A stretch of DNA of 64,000 nt from Candidatus Latescibacterota bacterium (GCA_965208835.1 OZ242358.1:1248001-1312000); one strand, 5' to 3'; shown: positions 29,469 through 41,015, counted from the first letter of the stretch. Translations and numbers: made by a program. The notes: generated by a model from the sequence alone, not told the origin.

Positions 29469-31268
29469 CTACATTTCCATACGCAGGACGGCGAGGAATG
29501 CCTCCTGTGGAATCTCGATGTTTCCCACCTGCTTCATCCTTCGTTTCCCTTCCCGCTGTCTTTCCAGCAGCTTGCGCTTTCTGGTCACGTCTCCACCGTA
29601 ACACTTCGCCGTGACGTTTTTCCGGAAGGGGCGCACGGATGTTCTCGAGATGATCTTTCTGCCGATGGCGGCCTGGATGACAACCTCGAACATCTGTCGC
29701 GGAATGAGTTCCTTGAGTTTGGAACAGATTGCCCGTCCCCACTCGTATGCTTTGTCGCGATGCACAACGGCGGACAGAGCGTCGACGGGGTCTTCATTGA
29801 TGAGCAGGTCGAGCTTCACCAGGTCGGCGGCCCGGTGTTCCTTGTATTCGTAGTCGAAAGAGGCGTACCCTCGACTGACGGATTTCAGGCGGTCGTAAAA
29901 GTCGAGTACGATTTCGGAAAGGGGGAGTTCGTAACGCAGCAGGGCGCGTGTCGGATCCACGAACTCGGTGGTAATATAGATTCCCCTGCGGTCCTGGGCA
30001 ACCTGCATGGCCGCGCCGATGTATTCAGCCGGAACCAGAATCTGTGCGTTGAGTAAGGGTTCCGCTATTTCTTCGATCTGAACGGCCGGCGGCATTTCGG
30101 CGGGATTGTGCACGACTTCGACGTCCCCGTTGGTGAGCAGCACTTCATACTCCACGTTGGGAACCGTTGTGATGATGTCCATGTCGAATTCCCGGGCGAG
30201 GCGCTCCTGTACGATCTCCATGTGAAGCAGGCCCAGGAAGCCGCAGCGGAAGCCGAACCCCAGTGCCGTAGACGTCTCAGGCTCGAAACGGAGCGACGCA
30301 TCGTTCAGGCGCAATTTCTCCAGGGCGGTTCGGAGTTCGGTATAGTCTTCCGCGTCGACCGGATAGACGCCGGAAAAGACCATGGGCTTGACTTCCTGGT
30401 ACCCTGGCAAGGGTTCCCCGGCGGGGTGGCTGCACCCGGTAACGGTGTCTCCCATGTGGAGTTCTTCCAGATCCTTCACGCCCGCGATGAGATAGCCGAC
30501 TTCTCCGGCATGCAGCGCACCGGTCTTGACGCGCTTGAGTTGAAGCACACCAATTTCCTCGGCTTCGAACTCTCGCCCCGTTGAGAAAAACCGAATGGGC
30601 ATGCCGGTCTGCAGACTGCCCTGGAATACGCGGACCGAGGCGACAGCCCCGCGGTACCGGTCGAAGATCGAGTCGAATATCAGGGCCTGGAGTTCCGCAT
30701 CCGGATCGCCCTTCGGCGGTGGAATCAGGTCGATGATCGCCTGCAGCACGCCCTCGACGCCAACGCCCTCTTTGGCGCTTATCTTGTGGATTTCGGACTC
30801 TTCGACACCCAGGAGGTCGTGGATCTGCAGGACCACCCGGTCCACGTCAACGTTGGGCAGATCGATCTTGTTGATAACCGGGATGATCTCGAGGTCCTGA
30901 TCCAGCGCGAGCAGCACGTTGCTGATCGTCTGCGCCTCCACGCCCTGCGCGGCGTCTACCAGGAGGAGCGCGCCTTCGCAGGCAGCCAGGCTTCGGGAAA
31001 CCTCGTAAGAAAAATCGACGTGTCCAGGTGTGTCGATGAGGTTGAGGGTGTATCTCCGACCGTCGGGACGCACGTACTCCATCCGGACGGCGTGCGACTT
31101 GATGGTAATGCCGCGTTCTCTTTCCAGGTCCATATCGTCCAGAACCTGGTCCACCATCTCATTCTGAGAAAGGGTCGAGGTCGTTTCCAGGAGGCGGTCA
31201 GCCAGGGTCGACTTGCCGTGGTCGATGTGGGCGATGATGCAGAAGTTTCTGATATTCCGGGTATTCAT
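29469..31268 (-). CDS. lepA: Translation elongation factor 4
   Basis: [34 protein letters not shown] and KCYGGD. Start taken at ATG 31268 because the longer ORF runs into a repeat. Confidence 0.98.
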   Translation of the reverse strand: MNTRNIRNFCIIAHIDHGKSTLADRLLETTSTLSQNEMVDQVLDDMDLERERGITIKSHAVRMEYVRPDGRRYTLNLIDTPGHVDFSYEVSRSLAACEGALLLVDAAQGVEAQTISNVLLALDQDLEIIPVINKIDLPNVDVDRVVLQIHDLLGVEESEIHKISAKEGVGVEGVLQAIIDLIPPPKGDPDAELQALIFDSIFDRYRGAVASVRVFQGSLQTGMPIRFFSTGREFEAEEIGVLQLKRVKTGALHAGEVGYLIAGVKDLEELHMGDTVTGCSHPAGEPLPGYQEVKPMVFSGVYPVDAEDYTELRTALEKLRLNDASLRFEPETSTALGFGFRCGFLGLLHMEIVQERLAREFDMDIITTVPNVEYEVLLTNGDVEVVHNPAEMPPAVQIEEIAEPLLNAQILVPAEYIGAAMQVAQDRRGIYITTEFVDPTRALLRYELPLSEIVLDFYDRLKSVSRGYASFDYEYKEHRAADLVKLDLLINEDPVDALSAVVHRDKAYEWGRAICSKLKELIPRQMFEVVIQAAIGRKIISRTSVRPFRKNVTAKCYGGDVTRKRKLLERQREGKRRMKQVGNIEIPQEAFLAVLRMEM

Positions 31269-31311
31269 ACACGGGAAACGCTGTAACTGACGTCCCATCC
31301 CTGGAGCCGGC

Positions 31312-31420
31312 GCCTGCGACCTGAGCCGCTCCCTGAGCTTGTCGAAGGGTCGGCGAAGGGTGTTGAAGAGGGCCTCACAGGTTACGAAACGCGGGCATTT
31401 CGACAAGCTCAATGAACGCG
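31312..31420 (+). repeat. ~110-bp REPIN-like element, copy 2
   Basis: ctgagccgctccctgagcttgtcgaagggtcggcgaa...ttacgaaacgcgggcatttcgacaagctcaatga. Confidence 0.85.
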
Positions 31421-31789
31421 TTTCTGCGAGGTCTGCCCAATGCAGCGAGGCGGGACGAAACGGCGGAAGTGGGCGGTATATTTCTGTGTCGGGACATTAT
31501 TTACAACTTCAAAAAATTCAACCGTCTACACACGCATTGTATAGAAGGCTAGAATATACTCTGTTAGGGGATTGAAGTCAACCGCTGAAGGGGAAATGCC
31601 AAGGTTCCTACAGCCCGGACGACAGGTTTTCGACGATGGGACGGAAGATCGGACGGGGCCTGGGAGGATCGAGGGACGTTATCAGGCACCGGCTCTTGGG
31701 CGCAAAGGGGTTGACACTGCTGGAAACCCGGCGGTATATTTCGGAATGTTGAGAAAAACTGCAACGGACAACGAGAGGAAGCAGCATCT

Positions 31790-33001
31790 ATGCAAAAGCT
31801 TCGGATTGCGGTGATCGGCGTGGGGGTGGATCCGGGTTCCCGGGCGCGCCAGTATCTCGGTACAATCGTCCGGTTGTCGGATCATTACGAACTGGTCGGA
31901 ATCTGCGACCGTGACGAACGCGCACTGGCCGAAGCGTCAGCCGGCACTTCAACGGCCTGTTTTCGGGACATCGGGTCTCTCTTCGCTTCGGCCAGACCCG
32001 AAGTGGTGCTGAGTATGACGCCCAAGGACTCGCACGGCGTGATCGCGATGACGTCCGCGAGGCGAGGCGCGCATGTTATTACCGAGATTCCGGTTGGGCT
32101 CACCCGAAGGTACGCGAAGGCCGTTGCGCGGACATGCGAAGAACACGGCGTGCTGTGGGAGGTGGCGGAGCAGGTGTGGCTGTGGCCGCGGGAGCGACTG
32201 AAGAAGAAGATTATCGAGGCCGGCCTGCTGGGCGATCTGACGCATTCGCGCTTGTGGTACCTGACCGGACAATATCATGGGTTCAACGGAGTCCGCACGT
32301 TGCTGGGCCGAGAGGGGAAGCGGGTGCTGGGCTATTGCGGAGAAGTGCCGGCGCTGCCGTACGCAGCCTACGGCGGGGAGCCGGAGACCACGGTGATGTG
32401 GGACCACGCGGTGGTCGAGTTCGAGGGCGGTATCGTCTGCCTCTTCGAAAAGCCGCCGCGCGCCTTCCCTTCCCCGGCGCAGGGTTTCCCCACCGGCTGG
32501 CACGTTGAAGGGACCCGTGGATACCTGGACCAGAGTCAGCTCGTGCTGTACAACGAGAAAACGCCGCGGGCATACGCTCTGCTGGAGCGTAACGTGGAAG
32601 TCGGCGGAGAATCGGTACTGGACGTCGCGCACGTGGAGACGGATCCGCCGGTCGTGTGGGAGAATCCGTACAGGAAGTGGCGAATCGGCTCGGCCGATGA
32701 CGTCGCCAAGGCGAGCATACTCGTCAGCTTTCACAATGCGATTACCACTGGCGGCCGGCCGCAGTACGGGCATGAAAACGCGCTGAAAGACTGGGAAATC
32801 TGCCTTGCCGTGCGGGAAAGCGCAAGGAGGGGAAATACGTGGGTCGACCTGCCCCTGGGCGAACCTACGGAGCTGGAGAGAAAAATCGAGGAGGAGTTCG
32901 TGCTGCGATACGGTCACGACCCGATTGAAGAGCCCGAAAAGCTGCTGGACGCGAACTTCACCCGTTCGGCCACCCTGTGGCCCTTCGCGCACTGGCTGTG
33001 A
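31790..33001 (+). CDS. Gfo/Idh/MocA family oxidoreductase
   Basis: N-terminal Rossmann RIAVIGVG, LVGICD, and HVITEIP as a variant of the EKP motif. Confidence 0.85.
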   Translation: MQKLRIAVIGVGVDPGSRARQYLGTIVRLSDHYELVGICDRDERALAEASAGTSTACFRDIGSLFASARPEVVLSMTPKDSHGVIAMTSARRGAHVITEIPVGLTRRYAKAVARTCEEHGVLWEVAEQVWLWPRERLKKKIIEAGLLGDLTHSRLWYLTGQYHGFNGVRTLLGREGKRVLGYCGEVPALPYAAYGGEPETTVMWDHAVVEFEGGIVCLFEKPPRAFPSPAQGFPTGWHVEGTRGYLDQSQLVLYNEKTPRAYALLERNVEVGGESVLDVAHVETDPPVVWENPYRKWRIGSADDVAKASILVSFHNAITTGGRPQYGHENALKDWEICLAVRESARRGNTWVDLPLGEPTELERKIEEEFVLRYGHDPIEEPEKLLDANFTRSATLWPFAHWL

Positions 33002-33015
33002 GAGAGGAAATCCAC

Positions 33016-34125
33016 GTGAAAATCGACTCCGCGGAAATACGATATGTCGAACTGCCGCTGATTTCACCGTGGCGGACCGCATACGGCGAGGATGCGTCGA
33101 TACACTCCGTGATGGTCAAACTGTGCGGCGACGGGGTGGAAGCGTGGGGCGAGGCGGCGCCGTTCTACGCCCCCACCTATTCGCCCGAATCGGCGCGGTC
33201 CGTCTATGAGACTGCCCGGGAGTTTTTTCTGCCGAGAATCGTAGGTCGGACGCTGGATACCGCAGAGGAAGTCGCCGAACGAATATCGATCTTCAAGGGG
33301 AATCCGTTCTCCAAAGCCGCGGTGGAAACGGCCTGGTGGGCGCTCGACAGCAAATTGAGAGGGGTCCCGCTCTGGCGCGCGCTGGGGGCGGATGAGCCGG
33401 TGGTGCGTTGCGGAGCCGACTTCGGGGTCCAGGATACGATAGACGAGCTTCTCGCGCTGATCCAGGGCGCCGTGGACGCGGGCTTTCCGCGGATCAAGCT
33501 GAAGGTGAAACACGCATGGGATATCGAGATGCTGGATGCCGTGAGGTCTGCCTTTCCCGATCCCGTGATTCACGTGGACTGCAACTCCGGCTACGACCTT
33601 AAGGCGGATTTTGATACGCTGGCGGCTTTCGACCGGTTCAACCTGGCGATGATCGAACAGCCCCTGGACCATACGGATCTCGTCGACCACGCCGAGTTGC
33701 AGCGTCGCATCGAGACGCCGGTGTGCCTGGATGAATCGGTCACGCGCCCCCGCGACTTCGAGTTGGCGTTGAAAATCGACGCGTGCCGCGTGATCAACGT
33801 AAAGCCGGGACGCGTGGGCGGGCTGGACAACGCGGTGCGAATTCACAATATGGCGCGAGACGCGGGGATGCCGGCGTGGGTTGGCGGGATGCTGGAAAGC
33901 GGGGTGGGTGCGGGTATCTGCGCTGCGTTGGGAACTCTGCCGGGATTCACCTATCCTGCGGACGTGTTTCCGTCTTCCAAATTCTACGCTGAAGATATTA
34001 CGGATCGATCGGTCGAACAGGACGAAAACTGCAATGTTGTACTGGACGAAACGCCCGGAGTGGGATTCGATCCGGTTCAGGAACGCCTGGATGCGGTGAC
34101 AGCGATGCGGGAGGTGATTGAATAA
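33016..34125 (+). CDS. menC: o-succinylbenzoate synthase / N-acylamino acid racemase (enolase superfamily)
   Basis: GAGG precedes GTG 33016; RIKLK, VDCN, IEQP, LDES, NVKPGRVGG and WVGGMLESG motifs. Confidence 0.85.
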   Translation: MKIDSAEIRYVELPLISPWRTAYGEDASIHSVMVKLCGDGVEAWGEAAPFYAPTYSPESARSVYETAREFFLPRIVGRTLDTAEEVAERISIFKGNPFSKAAVETAWWALDSKLRGVPLWRALGADEPVVRCGADFGVQDTIDELLALIQGAVDAGFPRIKLKVKHAWDIEMLDAVRSAFPDPVIHVDCNSGYDLKADFDTLAAFDRFNLAMIEQPLDHTDLVDHAELQRRIETPVCLDESVTRPRDFELALKIDACRVINVKPGRVGGLDNAVRIHNMARDAGMPAWVGGMLESGVGAGICAALGTLPGFTYPADVFPSSKFYAEDITDRSVEQDENCNVVLDETPGVGFDPVQERLDAVTAMREVIE

Positions 34126-34232
34126 GGGGACGTCTCGACCGCGCTCAGAATGACGGGAGAGCCGATTCTCGAACCCGTCGGTAACCGTCAATGGTCCCCG
34201 TCGCAGGCTGAAAATGCGTCGGGTTTCCTGTT

Positions 34233-35579
34233 TCAGAAAAGCCGCGCCAGCAGGTCGTCCGCGAGGGTCTCCATGGCCGGGGCAGTGCCCACGCCGCCCA
34301 GAGAGGAGTTGGCCGCCCAGGTTTCGTATCCGCCCTCCTCGGAAAGGGCTCTGTCGGTACAGATGTAGCCGATGTAACCGTTGGCGAGACTTACGACAAA
34401 CACCGGACTGGCGGACGCCCGGGTCTTGATTCCCAGGCCGGACTCGACGAAGACCTCGCCCGGAAGCGCAACGATGGCGGCGTCGCCGAGCCTGAATGCC
34501 TGCACCTGAGCGCTCATTCTGGATGGCAGCTTCGCCAGGCGTTGACATTCCATCGCGTAGATGTCCACTATAGACCGCGGGATGGGTTGGCCCACAACCC
34601 AGCTGAAGGGGCCTTTTTCGTATTCCGGTGGATCGTCGGGCGACGCAAGGATTATTTCGGCCACTTCCAGGTCTTCGGGCGTGATCGTTCTGGGCGAGAA
34701 ATCGAATGAACCGGTAGTGGCCGCGAGATCCAGACTATCCTGCATATCCATCAGCTGGATTTCGGTGAGCATGTGGCCGGCCAGGACGTTGGCCATTTTC
34801 TTCGCGTGCGCATGACCGCTGTCCTTCCACCTGCGGCGACCGCTGAAGTCGATGTTGTTGATCTGGCCGGACGCGGCATTCCACAGCAGGGGGACGCATT
34901 CACCGCCCAGATAACGGCGCATCTGCCTGAAGAAGTGTCCGAAGTAATCCGCCGAGATGCCACCTCCGGCGCCGATGTAATGTAGGGAGTAGCTGGCAAT
35001 GGCCGACATTGGATCGCCGTTCAGGTCCTCGACGTAGGCCATTGCGAGTTCCGGGTCAGTGGGGCCCGAGGGTTCGATCAGGTCCGGGTTGCCCACCCCG
35101 GGGTTCATCCGCACGGTCCCGTCCTTCATCCGCCAGCGGCGGTTGAACGCGATACGGTCTTCCTCCACGCTTGCGAAGCCGATTCGCGCGGGGCGCAGGC
35201 GGCGGCACGCGAGTTCTGCGGCGTCCGCGATCTTGAGGTGGAGCCATTCGATGTAGTCCGAATCGCCGTCCGTACCCAGCAAGTCCGCGATGCCGCCCCC
35301 ACTGTGTGTGTGGGTCGCATTGATCATCGTGTTTTCGATCGGGATGCCGCACCGCTGCGCCACGCGCTGCCTTGCGCGGTCCGCGATATTCCGCGGCATG
35401 GCGATGAGATCGCAGGTGATGAAGGCGACGCGGGTATGGCCGTTGTCCAGGACGAGGGCTTTGGCCAGGAGTTCGTCCTGGACGTCATCGGCGTATCCCG
35501 GCCGATGCCCCCCGGGAATGGTCACGCCCAGCCAGGGGGTGATGTTGGCCGTGGCAGCGCCTGCCTGTAAAGCGCCCAT
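34233..35579 (-). CDS. Neutral/alkaline ceramidase-like hydrolase family protein
   Basis: LLAKALVL, NATHTHSG, FNRR, LPGEVF and LANGYIGY motifs. Confidence 0.75.
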   Translation of the reverse strand: MGALQAGAATANITPWLGVTIPGGHRPGYADDVQDELLAKALVLDNGHTRVAFITCDLIAMPRNIADRARQRVAQRCGIPIENTMINATHTHSGGGIADLLGTDGDSDYIEWLHLKIADAAELACRRLRPARIGFASVEEDRIAFNRRWRMKDGTVRMNPGVGNPDLIEPSGPTDPELAMAYVEDLNGDPMSAIASYSLHYIGAGGGISADYFGHFFRQMRRYLGGECVPLLWNAASGQINNIDFSGRRRWKDSGHAHAKKMANVLAGHMLTEIQLMDMQDSLDLAATTGSFDFSPRTITPEDLEVAEIILASPDDPPEYEKGPFSWVVGQPIPRSIVDIYAMECQRLAKLPSRMSAQVQAFRLGDAAIVALPGEVFVESGLGIKTRASASPVFVVSLANGYIGYICTDRALSEEGGYETWAANSSLGGVGTAPAMETLADDLLARLF

Positions 35580-35603
35580 TGGAGTTCTCCTGTTGTGGCG
35601 GGT

Positions 35604-36605
35604 TTACTCGATACTCAGAAACTCGCCGCCCCGGCGCGCGGATTCTTCCGCCATGATGCATGCTCTGGCAACGGCCAGCACGTCGGAGGTGGAGATGAAG
35701 TTCTCCTCGCCGTCGGAGAACGCGTCTACCATCGTTTCCACAAAGCTGCTGTTGCGTTCAGGTGGGAACTCGGGTTCGTACGCGCCCTTGCCATCGGCAA
35801 CGATGAGCAGGCTGTCTGACGCATACGCCCGGAGGTGGGCCGATCCCTTCGTGCCCATGATGATGAAGCGCGTGTCGCCGAATGACGGAGAGTCTTCGGG
35901 AGTCAGCCAATCCGCGGTGAGAAGTGCGCAGGCTCCGGTACTCAACTGAAATGACGCCTGAATGTGGTCCATCTCAAGCTTTTGCGGGCCGTGCGTATGC
36001 CTCTTGCATGTGCCGAGCGCATGCACGCCCACGCATTCGGCGCCCGTGAGCCAGCGGACCTGGTCCACGCCGTGGCACGCGACGTCGCTGAAGGTGCCCG
36101 TATAGATCTGCGGATCGAAATACCAGTCGGGAGCCCAGGGGCCGAGTTTGTGGGGATGGGTGGAGATCAGACTGACGATCTCTCCGAGTTCTCCTGCCAG
36201 AATGGCTTCCCTCAGCGCGATGAAAGGCGGGTAACTGCGGGAGGTATAGAACATTGTCAGGCGGACGTTGTGACGCTGGACTGCGGTTCGGATACGATCC
36301 CAATCGTCCAGAGAACGGCAGAGCGGTTTGTCCAGGAACACATGGGCGCCCGCCGCGGCGCAGGCTTCGATCATGTCCACCTTCTCGTGGTGGCCCACGC
36401 CTTCCATGACCACGTCGGCGCGGGTCCCTTCCAGCATGTCCGTCAACGTGGGATAGCGGGGGACGTCGACGTCGCGCGTGTACTGTTCGTACAGGGCGTC
36501 GTCGGGTTCCACGATGCCGACGAGTTCCGCGTTGGAGGCGTTGACCGCGGACCTGAACATGCTGCCGATGTGTCCGTAATGGACACCCATAACACCAATT
36601 TTCAT
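35604..36605 (-). CDS. Gfo/Idh/MocA family oxidoreductase
   Basis: KIGVMG, HVFLDKPL and DVACHGVD motifs. Confidence 0.87.
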   Translation of the reverse strand: MKIGVMGVHYGHIGSMFRSAVNASNAELVGIVEPDDALYEQYTRDVDVPRYPTLTDMLEGTRADVVMEGVGHHEKVDMIEACAAAGAHVFLDKPLCRSLDDWDRIRTAVQRHNVRLTMFYTSRSYPPFIALREAILAGELGEIVSLISTHPHKLGPWAPDWYFDPQIYTGTFSDVACHGVDQVRWLTGAECVGVHALGTCKRHTHGPQKLEMDHIQASFQLSTGACALLTADWLTPEDSPSFGDTRFIIMGTKGSAHLRAYASDSLLIVADGKGAYEPEFPPERNSSFVETMVDAFSDGEENFISTSDVLAVARACIMAEESARRGGEFLSIE

Positions 36606-36615
36606 TTTCTGACTC

Positions 36616-37734
36616 CTACCCCGAATAACGTCTCACCCTTTCCCGGTCCAACTCAATCCCCAGTCCCGGAGTGGTGGGTATGGAAAGCAGGCCGGCGTCG
36701 TCGAGCTGGAAGGGTTCGGTGAGGATGTCTTCTATGTAGGGCGACGGGGTGATGTATTCCACCCAGCGGGCCGTAGGATGAGCGGCGGCCAGGTGGAGGT
36801 CCGCCGCCAGGCCTACCGCGGTGTTCCATCCGTGGGTGACCAGCAGCACGTTGTGATTGCATGCGTGCCAGAGGATGCGGCGGGTCTCCGAAAGGCCGCC
36901 GACTTTCGTGGCGTCCGGCTGAACGATATCGAAGGCGCCGCGCGCAATCCAGGAAATGAAGCTTTGTCGACGGGTCAGGACCTCGCCCCCGGCAATGGGG
37001 ACTGGGGCGTTTTGACGCAGGGCGATGAATCCCTCGAGATCGTCCGGCGGCAGGGCTTCCTCGAACCAGACCACGTCGTAGCCGGCCAGCATCCGCGCGG
37101 TTTCGAGCGCCCATTTATACCCGTGCGGCCAGAACTGATCGCTGCCGCCCGCGTCGACCATCAGTTCGACATCCGGTCCCACCGTGTCTCGAGCGAGCTT
37201 GACGAGACGTTCGTCTGTGCGCATGTCCTCGCGGCCGAAGGGTCCCCAGCCGAGCTTGAGCGCGCGAAAACCCCGGGAAACGGCCGACTCCAGAGTCTGT
37301 TTGAAAGCAGCGTCGTCTGCCTCGAAGAGGAGGGAGCCATAGGGCTTGATCCTGTGTCGGTAATATCCACCCAGAAGGCGACCCACGGGTTGTCCGCTGG
37401 CTTTGCCCAGGAGGTCCCACAATGCGATGTCGATGCCCGAAATGGCGTGCGTGACCGAGCCGCCCCGGCCCTGCCAGAAGGTCGACTGGTGGAGTTTTTC
37501 GGAGACGCGTTCCGGTTCGATGGCCGATTCACCGATAAAGTGGGGTTTCAGAAGATCCAGCGCGGCGTCCACCAGGGCCCTGCTGGTGGCCACGCTTCCC
37601 AGCCCGGTCAGGCCGCTGTCCGTATGCACTTCCAACAGCGTGTGCAGGTTTTCCGACGGCGGCGTTTCGGCTGCCCAGCCGGATTTCGGCGTTGCTCCCA
37701 TGAGAGCGATTGTCTGGATACCGGTAATTTTCAT
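36616..37734 (-). CDS. Mandelate racemase/muconate lactonizing enzyme family protein
   Basis: Start taken at MKITGI (37734); ISGIDIALWD, LKLG, LMVDAG, WFEE, GE and QPD motifs. Confidence 0.9.
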   Translation of the reverse strand: MKITGIQTIALMGATPKSGWAAETPPSENLHTLLEVHTDSGLTGLGSVATSRALVDAALDLLKPHFIGESAIEPERVSEKLHQSTFWQGRGGSVTHAISGIDIALWDLLGKASGQPVGRLLGGYYRHRIKPYGSLLFEADDAAFKQTLESAVSRGFRALKLGWGPFGREDMRTDERLVKLARDTVGPDVELMVDAGGSDQFWPHGYKWALETARMLAGYDVVWFEEALPPDDLEGFIALRQNAPVPIAGGEVLTRRQSFISWIARGAFDIVQPDATKVGGLSETRRILWHACNHNVLLVTHGWNTAVGLAADLHLAAAHPTARWVEYITPSPYIEDILTEPFQLDDAGLLSIPTTPGLGIELDRERVRRYSG

Positions 37735-38131
37735 GACGTCCAATGGGTATTGGTAACTACCGACCATCTCGAGACGGACGACGGGGTCATCGGGTGGGGT
37801 ACCGGAGCGACATCGGAGAAACATAACTCCGGCGTCTGTTTCGATCCTGGCGAATGGTGCGACACCCAATATATGGAATCCGTCAGTTTGCTTCAACAGG
37901 AAATCGAGGTTGACTGGCGTATATCGATCTGCCAAAATGGCAGTTCCCTGGTATTCGCGTGGTCCATTCGAAATCGAGTTCCTTTGTCGACCGGCTTGAT
38001 ATATCGTAACATGATAAATTCCAATGTGATAGACGCGGCACACTCTTTAAGGTACGAATGTTGCATGCTCTATGGACCTATAACGGGTTACCGAAATCTG
38101 GCCGTCGAGTAGCAGCAAACGAGGCTGCCAG

Positions 38132-38361
38132 CAAAAAGAGGGTAGACGTAAGCCGGTAGACGGGAGAGCACCACACCCCGCCCCACCACCGGGTGAGACG
38201 AAAGACGGGAGAGGGGAGAGATTTCCTGCCTTGTGAGGATTCTTTTCGTGTCGAAGACAAGAAGGAAAAACATACCGGGCAAGGATTTCTTCTCCCATCT
38301 CACCTCTACCGGCTCCCCGCATTTCTCCTACCGTCTACCCTCTTCCCTCTCACCGCTTTTG
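38132..38361 (+). repeat. Interspersed long-hairpin element, copy 2 of 4
   Basis: Core TTCCTGCCTTGTGAGGATTC...TGTC-GAA-GACA...CCGGGCAAGGATTTCTTCTC with heptamer arms. Confidence 0.85.
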
Positions 38362-38475
38362 GGAGACCTCTCCCCCCAACCCCCTCTCCTAAAGGAAAGG
38401 GGGAGGAAAAACAGGGGTTGACCTGACGCAGTACTTCGTCAATGGAATCTCTGAAACATGGAAGGAGCGAATCGG

Positions 38476-40980
38476 ATGTCGGACGAGAAAACGTCAGAAA
38501 GCATCGAAGTCATCGACCGAACCCACGTCCCGGGCGAAGTGCCTGTATTGAGAAGCAAAGAAGTCGTCATCTTTCCCTATATGTTGTCACCATTGCTGAT
38601 TGAAAGCGAACAGGCGATCCGTGCCGTGGACACGGCCGTAAACGGCGGACACCGGGTTGTTGCATTATTCGGGCAGAAACCCGGTCCGGAACAGGGGAAT
38701 TCCGAACCCGACGACGAGGCCGGCGACGCGGAAAGTGAAATTCAGGCCGAGGACCTGTATCAGGTTGGCACGGCGGTGCAGGTGGTCCGGATGCAGCGAA
38801 CGCCGGACAACAAGCTGCAGGTTCTTGTGAACGGGATTACCCGCGTGGGTCTTGAGGAACTGATTCAGACCATGCCCTATCCACTGGCGCGGGTCAGGGT
38901 GCTGGAGGGTTGGGCGGAAAAAACCAATGAGCTGGAAGCGCTCTCCCGGAACGTGCTGGGTCTGTTCAAGAAGGCGATGGATCTGGTGCCCAATGTGCCC
39001 AAAGAACTGATGGCTGCGCTGGATTCTCTGAGCGAACAGGAACAGAAGGCGGATTTTATCGCGTCCCAGTTCAACATCAGGTTCGAGGAACGCCAGGAAG
39101 TCTTGTCCGAACTCAACCTGCGCCTGAGGTTCGAGCTGATTCACAAGTTTCTTACGCGGGAAGTCGAAATCCTGGAGCTGCGGCAGAAAATCGAGAGCGA
39201 TGCGGCCGGGTCCATGGATGAGGCGCAGCGTGAGTATTTCCTCCGTCAACAACTCAAGGCCATCCGTGAGGAACTTGGGGAAGGCGGAGACGAAGTCGAA
39301 GAAATGGAGGAGTTGTCCTCAAAGGTCGAGGCCGCGGGCATGCCGGACGAGGCTCGAAAGGCCGCCGATCGAGAGCTTTCGCGGATGGAGAAGATGCCCG
39401 GCGAATCCGCCGAATATACGGTGTCTCGAACGTATCTCGACTGGCTGGTGGAGCTGCCATGGAGCAAAGCGAGCGAAGATCGTATCGACGTGGACCGGGC
39501 GCAGAAGATTTTGGACGATGACCACTACGGGATCGAAAAGCCGAAGGATCGGATCCTGGAATATCTGGCGGTGCGAGGGCTGAAAAACGACATGCGGGGG
39601 CCGATTCTGTGCCTGGTGGGTCCTCCGGGCACGGGAAAGACGTCGCTGGGGCGATCCGTGGCGCGTGCGCTGGACCGTACATTTGTCCGGATATCGCTGG
39701 GCGGCGTACGGGACGAATCGGAAGTCAGGGGCCACAGGCGGACCTACGTGGGCGCGCTTCCCGGCCGGATCATTCAGGGATTGCGCCGGGCGGGCACGAA
39801 CAACCCGGTGTTCATGCTGGACGAGATCGACAAGCTGGGCGCCGATTTCCGGGGCGACCCGTCCGCGGCGCTGCTGGAGGTACTGGATCCCGAACAGAAT
39901 TGCCGATTCGAAGACCACTATCTGGACGTACCGTTCGATCTTTCACAGGTGATGTTCATTGCCACGGCGAACACGCTGCATACGATTCCGCACGCGCTGC
40001 TGGACCGGATGGAAATCCTTGAACTTCCGGGTTACACGGAGCAGGAAAAGCTGCAGATCGCCCGCAGCTATCTGGTGCCCAGGCAGCTTGAGGAGCACGG
40101 ATTGACGGCCAGGCGGCTGGAGATCGACAACGGGGCGCTGACGGGTCTGATCCGGTACTATACCTCCGAGGCGGGGTTGCGCAACCTGGAGCGGGCGGTC
40201 GGGACGTTGTGCCGCAAGGTGGCGCGCCGGTTCGCCCAGGGTCGTAAACGAAAGATGATGGTGAAGACCGGCCATTTGCAGGAATACCTGGGACCCCGCC
40301 AGTTTCAGCACGAAATCGCCGAGGACAACGATGAAGTGGGCGTTGCGGCGGGCCTTGCGGTGACGTCCGCGGGCGGGGACGTTATGTTTGTCGAGGCAAC
40401 ATTGATGCCCGGCGGCGGGAATCTGAATCTGACCGGACAAGCCGGGGACGTGATGCAGGAATCCGTCCAGGCCGCGATGACCTACGTGCGCTCAAGATGG
40501 GAGAGCCTGGGGTTGACGGAAAAGTTCAACGAGGCAAGGGACGTACACATTCACGCGCCTGCGGGAGCCGTGCCCAAGGACGGTCCGTCCGCGGGAATCA
40601 CGATGGCGGCTGTACTGGCGTCAGTTTTCACGGGACGGCCGGTCCGAAAGGACGTGGCGATGACCGGAGAGATCACCCTTCGCGGCAAGGTGCTGCCGGT
40701 CGGCGGCATACGCGACAAGGTGCTGGCGGCCCACCGGGCGGGCATCCGGACCGTGATCCTGCCCGAAAAGAACCGGAAGGACCTTGAGGAAGTGCCGGAT
40801 ACCGTTCGCAAGGACGTGAAGCTGGTGTTCGCCGACCACATGGACAAGGTGCTGGACACGGCGCTGGTCAAAAAGAGAAGGACGCCGTCCAAGCGCCACT
40901 CCGGAACCACAGGCAGCAGGCCGTCCGTCCGCACCGGCAACCGCCGCCGACCGGCCGTAACGGCGGGCTCGGGAGAGTGA
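38476..40980 (+). CDS. lon: ATP-dependent protease La
   Basis: GPPGTGKTS, GHRRTYVGALPG, LDEIDK and PKDGPSAG; AAGGAG precedes ATG 38476. Confidence 0.98.
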   Translation: MSDEKTSESIEVIDRTHVPGEVPVLRSKEVVIFPYMLSPLLIESEQAIRAVDTAVNGGHRVVALFGQKPGPEQGNSEPDDEAGDAESEIQAEDLYQVGTAVQVVRMQRTPDNKLQVLVNGITRVGLEELIQTMPYPLARVRVLEGWAEKTNELEALSRNVLGLFKKAMDLVPNVPKELMAALDSLSEQEQKADFIASQFNIRFEERQEVLSELNLRLRFELIHKFLTREVEILELRQKIESDAAGSMDEAQREYFLRQQLKAIREELGEGGDEVEEMEELSSKVEAAGMPDEARKAADRELSRMEKMPGESAEYTVSRTYLDWLVELPWSKASEDRIDVDRAQKILDDDHYGIEKPKDRILEYLAVRGLKNDMRGPILCLVGPPGTGKTSLGRSVARALDRTFVRISLGGVRDESEVRGHRRTYVGALPGRIIQGLRRAGTNNPVFMLDEIDKLGADFRGDPSAALLEVLDPEQNCRFEDHYLDVPFDLSQVMFIATANTLHTIPHALLDRMEILELPGYTEQEKLQIARSYLVPRQLEEHGLTARRLEIDNGALTGLIRYYTSEAGLRNLERAVGTLCRKVARRFAQGRKRKMMVKTGHLQEYLGPRQFQHEIAEDNDEVGVAAGLAVTSAGGDVMFVEATLMPGGGNLNLTGQAGDVMQESVQAAMTYVRSRWESLGLTEKFNEARDVHIHAPAGAVPKDGPSAGITMAAVLASVFTGRPVRKDVAMTGEITLRGKVLPVGGIRDKVLAAHRAGIRTVILPEKNRKDLEEVPDTVRKDVKLVFADHMDKVLDTALVKKRRTPSKRHSGTTGSRPSVRTGNRRRPAVTAGSGE

Positions 40981-41015
40981 GGGTCGGTGCAGAATACACG
41001 ACGAGAAGTCATGAG

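Noticed and set aside
31269-31412. Apparent N-terminal extensions of LepA and of the ORFs starting at 2462, 38043, 49997, 52525 and 55729
   Set aside because: They run through repeats or intergenic DNA, and downstream starts match the family N-termini, several with a clear RBS.
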